This document shows, one piece after another, positions 11,683 to 19,937 of a stretch of 64,000 nt of DNA. The position numbers were made by a program, and so were the translations under genes. Location of the stretch: NCBI GenBank assembly GCA_965203355.1, contig OZ241889.1, positions 2,912,001 through 2,976,000 on the forward strand, written 5' to 3'. Origin of the DNA: Candidatus Latescibacterota bacterium (GTDB lineage: Bacteria > Latescibacterota > UBA2968 > UBA8231). Every line of letters begins with the position of its first letter. The stretch's first letter is position 1. A model generated the notes under the pieces. The model ran no database searches. It was not told the origin of the DNA and saw nothing but the letters and a program-made list of their open reading frames with translations.

Positions 11683-13350
11683 ATGAGCCACGCAATCAGC
11701 GCCAACGGCGAGCCGAGAAACTATCTCAACGAAACGTATGGGATCAAATCTTGGCTCCTGACCCTAGACCACAAGCGCATCGGTATCCTCTATCTGATAA
11801 CGATGGCGATCTTCTTCTTGGTCGGCAGCGTGTTTGCCAGCCTCATTCGACTTGAACTGATGACGCCCAAAGGCGATTTGATCGAAGCCGAGACCTACAA
11901 CAAGCTCTTCACCATGCACGGCGTGGTGATGATCTTTTTCTTTCTCATCCCCTCCATTCCGGCCGCGCTGGGCAACTTTCTCATTCCCCTGCAGATCGGC
12001 GCGCGGGACGTGGCTTTCCCCCGCCTGAATCTCCTCAGCTACTATCTCTACACGGCTGGGGGGCTGTTCGCCGTGCTGGCTATTATCATGGGAGGCATTG
12101 ACACGGGCTGGACCTTTTACACGCCGTACAGCAGCACCTATGCCACCTCGTTTGTCTCTTTGGCGCTAGTCGGCGTTTTTATTAATGGCTTCTCTTCGAT
12201 CCTCACCGGGGTCAACTTCATGGTCACTATCCACAAGATGCGCGCCCCGGGTATGACGTGGTTCCGCTTGCCACTTTTTATCTGGGGGCACTACGCGACC
12301 AGCCTGATTCAGGTACTAGGCACCCCGGTGGTGGCCATCACCTTGCTGCTGGTCTGCTTCGAGCGCGTCTTCAGGATCGGTATTTTCGACCCCAATTACG
12401 GCGGTGATCCAGTACTTTTCCAGCACATGTTCTGGTTTTACTCGCATCCAGCCGTGTACATCATGATCCTGCCGGGCTTTGCCGTCATCAGCGAAGTCGT
12501 AGCTTGCTTCTCGCGCCAGCGCGTCTTCGGCTATTCCTTTGTGGCCTTTTCCTCAATGGCCATCGCCGTGCTTGGCTTTCTCGTCTGGGGACATCACATG
12601 TTCGTAGCAGGCCAATCGACCTACGCCAGCATGGTCTTTTCCTTCATCACCTTCTTCATCGCTGTCCCCACGGCCATCAAGATTTTCAACTGGTCTTTCA
12701 CCCTCCACAAAGCCTCGGTCAAGCTAGACTCGCCCATGCTCTACGTGATGGGCTTTATCGGCCTGTTCACTATCGGCGGGTTGACCGGCCTGTTCCTCTC
12801 CACCTTGGGCATGGACGTCCATCTCCACGATACCTACTTCGTGGTCGCTCACTTTCACTATGTCATGGTGGGTGGCATGGTCATGGCGTTCCTCTGCGGC
12901 CTGCATTTTTGGTGGCCCAAAATAACCGGACGCATGTATTCGGAAGGGGCGGCCAAGCTCGGCGTCATGTTCGTCTTCGCTGGATTTAACTTGACCTTCT
13001 TTCCCCAATTTATCTTGGGCTACTTGGGAATGCCTCGGCGCTATCACGCCTATCCCGAGGAATGGCAAGCCCTCAACATCATGTCCACCGCGGGTGCCAC
13101 CGTCCTCGGGCTGGGCTTCTCGCTGACCATCGTATATTTCCTCTGGTCCCTGTTCAAGGGCCAGAAGGCTACTGCCAATCCGTTCCACGCCAAGGGCCTC
13201 GAATGGGATATTCCCTCGCCGCCCACCGCCCACAACTTTGAAGCCATCCCGATAGTTACCTGGGAAGCCTACCCCTACGGCGAGGAGGAACCCGCGGCAC
13301 CGAGTACCGAGGCCGTACCTGAACGCGCTAAGGAGGATGAAGTTGTCTGA
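11683..13350 (+). CDS. coxA: Cytochrome c oxidase subunit I, A2 type
   Basis: [15 protein letters not shown] (YS instead of GHPEVY), [18 protein letters not shown]. Confidence 0.96.
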   Translation: MSHAISANGEPRNYLNETYGIKSWLLTLDHKRIGILYLITMAIFFLVGSVFASLIRLELMTPKGDLIEAETYNKLFTMHGVVMIFFFLIPSIPAALGNFLIPLQIGARDVAFPRLNLLSYYLYTAGGLFAVLAIIMGGIDTGWTFYTPYSSTYATSFVSLALVGVFINGFSSILTGVNFMVTIHKMRAPGMTWFRLPLFIWGHYATSLIQVLGTPVVAITLLLVCFERVFRIGIFDPNYGGDPVLFQHMFWFYSHPAVYIMILPGFAVISEVVACFSRQRVFGYSFVAFSSMAIAVLGFLVWGHHMFVAGQSTYASMVFSFITFFIAVPTAIKIFNWSFTLHKASVKLDSPMLYVMGFIGLFTIGGLTGLFLSTLGMDVHLHDTYFVVAHFHYVMVGGMVMAFLCGLHFWWPKITGRMYSEGAAKLGVMFVFAGFNLTFFPQFILGYLGMPRRYHAYPEEWQALNIMSTAGATVLGLGFSLTIVYFLWSLFKGQKATANPFHAKGLEWDIPSPPTAHNFEAIPIVTWEAYPYGEEEPAAPSTEAVPERAKEDEVV

Positions 13351-14011
13351 GCACGCACATAGCGCCCACCACCTACACCAATTCGAGACAGCGCAGCAGC
13401 AGTACGAAGCCGCTAGTCTCGGCATGTGGGCATTCATCATCCAAGAAATCCTGTTCTTCGGGGGGCTTTTTGGTGCCTACACCGTATATCGCTACACCTA
13501 TATCGAAGCCTTTACCGCTGGCTCCCATCAGCTCGACATCTACTGGGGCACATTCAACACCATCGTGCTGATCGCCAGTAGCCTAACCATGGCGCTAGCC
13601 GTTCGCGCCGCACAGACGAACGCCGGTCGCAACGCGATTACAGGATGGCTCGTCGCAACGATAGTTCTCGGCTGTGCCTTTTTAGGCGTCAAGTACATCG
13701 AGTACAGCCACAAATGGCACGAACACCTCATTCCCGGCAGCATGTTCCAGTGGAACGACCCGGCCTTCCCCGCTGTCTCGCTTGGCAACGCCAAAATTTT
13801 CTTCTCGTTTTACTTCGTGATGACTGGAATGCACGCGCTGCACATGATCGTCGGCGTCGGCATCATGCTGTGGATGATCGCCAAAGTCCGGCGCAACGAG
13901 ATTTCGGCTCAGTACTTTACGCCGATTGAAATCAGTGGCCTTTATTGGCACTTCGTCGATATCGTGTGGATTTTCCTCTTCCCGCTGCTTTATCTGATTG
14001 GACGCCACTAA
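13337..14011 (+). CDS. coxC: Cytochrome c oxidase subunit III
   Basis: [36 protein letters not shown]. Confidence 0.95.
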   Translation: MKLSEHAHSAHHLHQFETAQQQYEAASLGMWAFIIQEILFFGGLFGAYTVYRYTYIEAFTAGSHQLDIYWGTFNTIVLIASSLTMALAVRAAQTNAGRNAITGWLVATIVLGCAFLGVKYIEYSHKWHEHLIPGSMFQWNDPAFPAVSLGNAKIFFSFYFVMTGMHALHMIVGVGIMLWMIAKVRRNEISAQYFTPIEISGLYWHFVDIVWIFLFPLLYLIGRH

Positions 14012-14352
14012 TGTCTGAACATCACTCTGAACATCACGTCGTCCCGCTCAGGATCTACTTTCTGATCTTCTTCGCCCTGATGATCGGCACCATTATCACG
14101 GTGGCAGCGGCCTTCGTCAACCTGGGCTTTTTGAATACGCCGGTCGCCCTAATCATCGCGCTAGTAAAGGCATCGCTGGTCATTTTGTTCTTCATGCACG
14201 TGAAGTACAGCCCCAAGCTGGTTGGGCTTTTCGCGGTCGCGGGCTTCTTCTGGCTGTGCATCCTATTGGTCTTGACCATGCAGGACTACTACACGCGCGG
14301 CTGGGGCGAGGAAGCACCGGTAGAGTTTCTCAAGCAAGGGTCGTTTTTCTGA
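14011..14352 (+). CDS. coxD: Cytochrome c oxidase subunit IV (caa3 type)
   Basis: KASLVILFFMHVKY; ATG overlaps the coxC TAA. Confidence 0.9.
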   Translation: MSEHHSEHHVVPLRIYFLIFFALMIGTIITVAAAFVNLGFLNTPVALIIALVKASLVILFFMHVKYSPKLVGLFAVAGFFWLCILLVLTMQDYYTRGWGEEAPVEFLKQGSFF

Positions 14353-14401
14353 GAGCCTTTAGACGCTCCTCAGTTGATCATTATTCGAAAGCGAGACGCA
14401 T

Positions 14402-15082
14402 ATGGAAAAGCCGCGACAACAGTCATCGCCTGACCGTAAGAATACCCCCCGAGAGACCCACCAGCGAGCGGCTATCTTCGCCAAAAACTTACTTCTAACT
14501 GTACTGGCATTTTCAACACTGTTTCTTTCCTATTGCGGATCTCCAGCACAAGACGACCGATTGGCAGTGGTGAAAATCGACAAGCGGTGGGGATTCATTG
14601 ACCCGAAAGGAACCTTCGTCATTAACCCACAATTTGACGACGCTGGGTCCTTTTCAGAAGGCTTGGCAGTGGTGAAAATCGGCAAGCGGTGGGGATTCAT
14701 TGACCCGAAGGGAACCCTCGTCATTAACCCACAATTTGACTCCGCTGGGTCCTTTTCAGAAGGCTTGGCAGTGGTGAAAATCGGCAAGCGGTGGGGATTC
14801 ATTGACCCGAAGGGAACCCTCGTCATTAACCCACAATTTGACTCCGCTGGGTCCTTTTCAGAAGGCTTGGCAGTGGTGAAAATCGGCAAGCGGTGGGGAT
14901 TCATTGACCCGAAGGGAACCCTCGTCATTAACCCACAATTTGACTCCGCTTGGTCCTTTTCAGAAGGCTTGGCAGATGTGAAAATCGACGGGCGGTGGGG
15001 ATTCATTGATCCGAAGGGAACCCTCGTCATTAACCCACAATTTGACTCCGCTAAGTCCTTTGAATTAATTGGCCACCACTAA
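14402..15082 (+). CDS. WG-repeat (KWG/WG_beta_rep) exported protein, possible lipoprotein
   Basis: Hydrophobic segment ending LSYC, then five 34-aa LAVVKIGKRWGFIDPKGTLVINPQFDSAGSFSEG units. Confidence 0.88.
   Translation: MEKPRQQSSPDRKNTPRETHQRAAIFAKNLLLTVLAFSTLFLSYCGSPAQDDRLAVVKIDKRWGFIDPKGTFVINPQFDDAGSFSEGLAVVKIGKRWGFIDPKGTLVINPQFDSAGSFSEGLAVVKIGKRWGFIDPKGTLVINPQFDSAGSFSEGLAVVKIGKRWGFIDPKGTLVINPQFDSAWSFSEGLADVKIDGRWGFIDPKGTLVINPQFDSAKSFELIGHH
14561..15061 (+). repeat. 102-bp tandem repeat, about 4.9 near-identical copies
   Basis: Unit starts TTGGCAG at 14561, 14663, 14765, 14867 and 14969. Confidence 0.97.
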
Positions 15083-15155
15083 GAAGCGGCCTGAAAATTT
15101 TTGACATAAAGCCTACACCAGAAAACGCCCATCGCATGATGCGAACGCTATACAT
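15051..15155 (-). pseudogene. Possible truncated RelE/ParE toxin remnant
   Basis: ATG overlaps the antitoxin 3' end; MYSVRIMR resembles RelE beta-strand 1, then no toxin similarity; stop after 34 codons. Confidence 0.4.
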
Positions 15156-15369
15156 CCGCGCTATTTGCTTGCAATTCTACTCTAGCCTGCTCCCATGGGA
15201 TGGATTCTTCTGCCGCGGCGCGTAAATGGCCAATTTCCTCTGAGTCTTCAAGGTCCTCCAGCAAATTCAACAGATATTCCCAAGCCGCATAGTCGATCAG
15301 CACTGATTGCTTCTCGCCATTAGAATCCACGACAAACCGAGATTTTTGAATCAGCTCAGCGACGCCCAT
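15148..15369 (-). CDS. Putative type II antitoxin (acidic, RelB/Phd-like)
   Basis: FVVDSNGEKQSVLI, LLEDLED and ESIPWEQAR are typical of small antitoxins; AGGAAGGA RBS. Confidence 0.7.
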   Translation of the reverse strand: MGVAELIQKSRFVVDSNGEKQSVLIDYAAWEYLLNLLEDLEDSEEIGHLRAAAEESIPWEQARVELQANSADV

Positions 15370-15413
15370 TTTGTTTCCTTCCTGTACATGTAAATCTCCG
15401 TCCTAAACAAACC

Positions 15414-15776
15414 TCAAGCAATGTCGCGGACGAGCACTAAGATCGCCGCCTGCGGCACGACGATGAACTTCTCGTCGTCGAACTTGATTTCCACCGCGTC
15501 CTTGCGCAGGAAAATGGCATGATCGCCTTTTTGGGCCTGGAGGCCGATATAGCGCATCTGCTCGCCCCCCTCTTCCCAAGGCGCGTCGTCGTCATCGGCT
15601 TTCGGCGGCAAAGCAACGCCCGGCCCCACTTCTTCAATGCGCCCGCTTTGCACGTTTTCTTTTTCCAAGGCGGTCGGCGGCAAGTAAAGCCCCACGGCCG
15701 TGCGCTCTTCCATGTCGTCAACTCGGATTAGCACGCGGTCGCCGACTACGTGCAGTTCCTTGTCTCCCCTAATCAT
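15414..15776 (-). CDS. GroES (Cpn10)-family co-chaperone, no adjacent groEL
   Basis: VVGDRVLI, ERTAVGLYLP, SGRIEEVGPG; GGAGGAG RBS before ATG at 15776. Confidence 0.85.
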   Translation of the reverse strand: MIRGDKELHVVGDRVLIRVDDMEERTAVGLYLPPTALEKENVQSGRIEEVGPGVALPPKADDDDAPWEEGGEQMRYIGLQAQKGDHAIFLRKDAVEIKFDDEKFIVVPQAAILVLVRDIA

Positions 15777-15790
15777 CTGCTCCTCCTGCG

Positions 15791-17005
15791 TTAAGACGCC
15801 AAACGCAAACACTCGCTGTAGCGCTCAAAGCGTTCACTTTCCTCCTCTGCTGGATCGACGTACTTGAGCCAAAGAGCGCTGTCCTTCTTATCGCCGCTGA
15901 GTTTGCGGCGGCTACCGAGGTTGCTCGGATCCATGCCGCTCCACACCACTTGGCCGTCCTGCATATAAATGAACTGCCCTCGGTAGCGGTCGATGATCTG
16001 CCGCTGTTCGTCTTGGTAGATCAGCCCTTGCTCGCAGGTAGTGCGCCGCCAATTGGCCACCGTGGCGTCTGAGTCCGTAGATACCGAATCAAATTCGGCC
16101 AGCGGAGCCTCGACCTCGCTCGCAAAGTCGATCTCGTTCAAATCCACCGTGCCAAAGCCGCGATCCGCCGCGATCCGCAGGTGATTGCGGTCGCGGCGGA
16201 AGGGCGGTGTTGGCCAATCCGAGTGGGGATCGTGGCCCATCAAGGTCATGCCGCAGGCATCGGTCGCCACCGGATGATCGCCGGCCATCAAAGCGTTGCA
16301 GATCCGGCCCTCGCCGCCCCATTCGCGGCCCCATTGGCCGGTGAGGGCCTCGACGATGTTGAGGCAAGGTTTGGTAATCATGCCCAAGTCCGGCAGGACG
16401 TAGGAAAGCCGGATGAGATGGTGGTAATACGACCGCGTCCGCCCTTCCGGTGGGATCATCGGCGGCAGGCCAAAGAGGTTTTTCAGGGTCAAGGTAATGC
16501 CCATAAAGGCGTGATTCTTCATCTTGGCGATGGATACCACCTCGTCGGCCTCGGCAAAGATGGCATTGAGCCGATAGCGGTCGAACATGCAGCCGCCACC
16601 GGGCACGTCGTACGTGGCAAAAGGCGGCAAATTCGAGTCCACATAGCGGACGCCAAAATCGTCCAGAATATAGCGATAGTTAAAGTCGTCGGGCGTTACA
16701 TAGCCGTTGCCGTAAGGATAGGTGTCGGTGGCGATCAACTCGGCGGTAGTCCGCTCCCGCAGCAGGCGCAGCACCGCGCGGGCCACGGCATCATCTACCA
16801 ACTCCCGGCGGCGGCCAGCGAAGTACTCGATGCGCTCCGGCGGTTTGATCATATTGAATTTTAATACGATCCGCCGCGCCTTTTCCAACTTCTTCCAAGA
16901 GTGCGCTAGCGGATCGGTAGTCCGTTTGAGGGCCTCGTATATTTCTTCCTCGCTCGCCCGATGATCGCAGTGCGAAGCCCTAACTGTGTATTGTCTATTG
17001 GCCAT
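15791..17005 (-). CDS. DUF362-domain protein
   Basis: IVLKFN, IAKMKNH..GITLTLKNLFG, GDHPVATD. Confidence 0.85.
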   Translation of the reverse strand: MANRQYTVRASHCDHRASEEEIYEALKRTTDPLAHSWKKLEKARRIVLKFNMIKPPERIEYFAGRRRELVDDAVARAVLRLLRERTTAELIATDTYPYGNGYVTPDDFNYRYILDDFGVRYVDSNLPPFATYDVPGGGCMFDRYRLNAIFAEADEVVSIAKMKNHAFMGITLTLKNLFGLPPMIPPEGRTRSYYHHLIRLSYVLPDLGMITKPCLNIVEALTGQWGREWGGEGRICNALMAGDHPVATDACGMTLMGHDPHSDWPTPPFRRDRNHLRIAADRGFGTVDLNEIDFASEVEAPLAEFDSVSTDSDATVANWRRTTCEQGLIYQDEQRQIIDRYRGQFIYMQDGQVVWSGMDPSNLGSRRKLSGDKKDSALWLKYVDPAEEESERFERYSECLRLAS

Positions 17006-17038
17006 GATGGTTTTCCCTTCCTGTTAAGTGGTTGTGAT

Positions 17039-18358
17039 TTACGGCTCGCCGAGGATGCCCACGGTCTGTTCGAGCCGCATGAGGGCCAGCGCCTTGTCGC
17101 GACGCGCCACAGCACTTTGGGTGCGCGCCTCCACTAGGGCCAACTGCGCGTCCATATTTTCCAGTTGGGTGCCGACCCCGCTCGCATAGCGCGACTCGGC
17201 GACTTCCAGCCCCTTCTCGGCCTGCAATACTGCATTTTGGTGGGCTTCAATCCGCTGGCTGGCTTCCTCGACCGCATAATAGGCCTGCTGGACTTGCAGC
17301 CGCACTTCACGCGCGATCCGCTGCCGGTCGTACTCTATCCGGCGCAAATCCTGCCGTGCCTGCGCCACGCGCGCCCCGGTGAGCCGCCCGTCGAAAAGCG
17401 GCATTTGCACTACCAGCCCCGTGTTCCAACTCTTGCGCCACGCCCGATCGGCTAGGTCGAATTCGTCGCTCTGGAACTGGGTTTGCCCGGTAGCTACCAG
17501 TTCCACACTAGGCCGGGAGGACGCTTGATCCGCGGCGATCTTTCGCTCGTGCCATCCTATTTCCTGCTCGACGTGTGCCAGCTCTGGCCGCTTCGATAGT
17601 CCCAAGGCGACGAGGGCATCCAGATCGTCGAGAGCGAGTGTCGTCTCAGTGCGAAACGTTCCCCGCACTTCTATGGCTTGGTCTAAGTCTAGACCCACGA
17701 CATTCTTGAGGGCCATGGTGGCCAGCCGCAGGTTGTTTTCGGCGCGGATGGAATCGGCCCGCATGTTTGAAACCTGTACCTGAGCACGCAACTGGTCCAG
17801 TTCAGCGGCCCGACCCGCCTGTGCCTGTGCCTCCACTTGGGACAAATTGTATCTAGCCCACGCCAGCGCCAAGTGCGACACGGTGTGCAACTCTTCTGCT
17901 AGGAGCAGGTCGTAGAATCGCTCCTCGACCTCGGCTAGCACGAGTTGAGTTGTCTGCCGCTCAGTTTCGCCGAGCATGGCAAATTGGCGGCGAGCCATGT
18001 CCTCCGTAGCGCGAATGCGGCCGCCAGCATAGAGCGGCTGGCGCACACGTACGACGCCCGTGAGGTTGTTTTCCGCGCCGATCCGGACGGCATTGCCAGC
18101 AAAAACAAAAGAAGGCAACAGCCAGTTGCGACTATACGTGAAGGAGGCGTCAACCTGCGGCAAACCTGCCGCGCGTGCTGCGCGTAGTTCCTCCCGCCCG
18201 CGCAGCCGGTCAAGGCGGACTTGCAACAGGTGCTCGTTGTTTTCTTGCACTAGGGCCAAACCCGTTTGTAAGTCGAGAATTAGCGGCTCGGCCTCTGCTC
18301 GGGCGGGACGACTGGAGGCCGCGCACAAGACCACCAAACAAAACACCCCCCTCAACAT
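17039..18358 (-). CDS. TolC-family outer membrane efflux protein
   Basis: Signal peptide; QPLYAGG and MPLFDG repeats; RYASGVGT. Confidence 0.9.
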   Translation of the reverse strand: MLRGVFCLVVLCAASSRPARAEAEPLILDLQTGLALVQENNEHLLQVRLDRLRGREELRAARAAGLPQVDASFTYSRNWLLPSFVFAGNAVRIGAENNLTGVVRVRQPLYAGGRIRATEDMARRQFAMLGETERQTTQLVLAEVEERFYDLLLAEELHTVSHLALAWARYNLSQVEAQAQAGRAAELDQLRAQVQVSNMRADSIRAENNLRLATMALKNVVGLDLDQAIEVRGTFRTETTLALDDLDALVALGLSKRPELAHVEQEIGWHERKIAADQASSRPSVELVATGQTQFQSDEFDLADRAWRKSWNTGLVVQMPLFDGRLTGARVAQARQDLRRIEYDRQRIAREVRLQVQQAYYAVEEASQRIEAHQNAVLQAEKGLEVAESRYASGVGTQLENMDAQLALVEARTQSAVARRDKALALMRLEQTVGILGEP

Positions 18359-18612
18359 AGTAAGCCGCGTTGCCGCAACCACGCCTCGACCTCGGTTCCT
18401 CCCACATCGGCCAGCATGACGCCATCAATTTCAACGCAGGGCGAGGCATACTGTCGGCTTTTGGCGACCATTTCCGCCAAGGCTTTGCGGTCGCTGGTAA
18501 TATCTAGTTCCTCGTATGGTAACCCGGCTCTATCGAGTACCGACCGCACGCCCGGGCTCCAAGGGCAATACGGATTGAGATACGCTTTAATCACAGGAGT
18601 AGTCTGTTCCAC
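18352..18612 (-). CDS. Monothiol glutaredoxin-like protein (CPWS)
   Basis: YCPWS active site and QYASPCVEIDG; GTG start at 18612 inferred. Confidence 0.8.
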   Translation of the reverse strand: MEQTTPVIKAYLNPYCPWSPGVRSVLDRAGLPYEELDITSDRKALAEMVAKSRQYASPCVEIDGVMLADVGGTEVEAWLRQRGLLC

Positions 18613-18701
18613 TTTGGCCTTTCCGCTGTACGGGGGACGCGATATATTGAGAAAAACATATCGCCCGCCTCTCATCCCTGTCAAGGAAGAGACCTCGATT
18701 T

Positions 18702-19529
18702 ATGAGACCGCTGATCCTATTCCACGGAGGCTGCAACGACGGCTTCTGTGCCGCGTGGATCTACCGCCGTTACGTCAACCCGCAAGCCGATTTTAAGGCG
18801 GTTCAATACAACACCGACCCACCGCCGACAACCGACCGCGACGTCGTCATCCTCGATTTTAGCTATGAACGGACGCAGCTCATAGAGATGCACGAACACG
18901 CCCGCTCGCTCTTGGTTTTGGACCATCACGAGACAGCCGCAGACGCCTTAGCCGGGCTCGATTACTGCGTATTCGCCCAGGACAAGTCTGGAGCACGCAT
19001 GACTTGGGAATACTTTTTCGATCCCCGCTCTCAGGTCAGTGTTGACGACGTCCCCTGGCTAGTCTCCTATACTGAAGACCGCGACCTGTGGCGGTGGGCC
19101 TTGGCCGATTCCAAGGCCGTCAACGCCGCCCTCGCCTCGTACCCGCGCGACTTTGCTGTGTGGGACAAAATCGCCGAGCGCGGGCCCCAAGCCCTCGTCG
19201 AAGAAGGCCAAGCCATTCTCCGCTTCCAACACCGGCTCATCCGGCCGCGCGTTCGGCATCACGGCTGGACCACCATCAGTGGGTTTCGCGTCCCCATTAC
19301 CAATGCCACGTTCCTGACCTCTGAAATCGGCAATGCCCTCGCCGAAGGGCATCCTTTTTCCGCGGTATTCTTCGTGCGCCCCGACAGCAAGGTCGTGTAC
19401 AACCTGCGTTCCAAGGGAGAAGCTGCCGCGGATGTGGGCCGCATCGCGCGCAATTACGGCGGTGGCGGGCACAAGCACGCCGCGGCTTTTACTTTGGAGA
19501 CCATGCTGCCGATGGAAGCGGGGACGTAA
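18702..19529 (+). CDS. DHH/DHHA1 phosphoesterase (NrnB-like nanoRNase)
   Basis: HGGCNDG, DFSY, LDHH, DRDLW, GGGGHKHAA. Confidence 0.9.
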   Translation: MRPLILFHGGCNDGFCAAWIYRRYVNPQADFKAVQYNTDPPPTTDRDVVILDFSYERTQLIEMHEHARSLLVLDHHETAADALAGLDYCVFAQDKSGARMTWEYFFDPRSQVSVDDVPWLVSYTEDRDLWRWALADSKAVNAALASYPRDFAVWDKIAERGPQALVEEGQAILRFQHRLIRPRVRHHGWTTISGFRVPITNATFLTSEIGNALAEGHPFSAVFFVRPDSKVVYNLRSKGEAAADVGRIARNYGGGGHKHAAAFTLETMLPMEAGT

Positions 19530-19656
19530 ATGCCCCCGAGCAGTGCTATCATTTGCACCTTCCCGACGAGTCGTGCGAACGGCCATTGATCGCCATATGG
19601 CCACGCCCGCCGACCATTTTCCCACCAACGATGGCAGGGCCTGCGCCACCTCACGC

Positions 19657-19695
19657 AAAACAGGCACCTGCGATAGGTCGCAAGTGCCTGTTTTT
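19657..19695. terminator. Bidirectional intrinsic terminator between the DHH gene and tRNA-Lys
   Basis: AAAACAGGCAC...GTGCCTGTTTT inverted repeat with A/T tails. Confidence 0.8.
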
Positions 19696-19771
19696 TGGTG
19701 AGCCCACTGGGAATCGAACCCAGGACCTACGGATTAAAAGTCCGGTGCTCTACCAGCTGAGCTATAGGCTC
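19696..19771 (-). tRNA. tRNA-Lys(TTT)
   Basis: Reverse complement GAGCCTATAGCTCAGCTGGTAGAGC...CGGA-CTTTTAA-TCCG...GGTTCGATTCCC...GGGCTCACCA. Confidence 0.96.
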
Positions 19772-19937
19772 TATGGGTGCTGTATCTAATTCAAAATAAT
19801 TGGTTTGCGTATCCCTCGCAAGACTTCCTGCTCCTAACTTCCCACTGCATGGTTCTTGATTTAGTGGGTGCTATTATCTAAAGTATCCCTGCGCTAGTCA
19901 TAAATCATCAGGAATGCTTTTCCTAGCAGGTTGAGTA

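Noticed and set aside
14530-15030. 166-aa antisense repetitive ORF
   Set aside because: Stop-free shadow of the WG repeat; the plus strand matches a known family
14561-15061. Possible CRISPR array
   Set aside because: Repeats are contiguous 102-bp in-frame coding units with no unique spacers, and there are no cas genes
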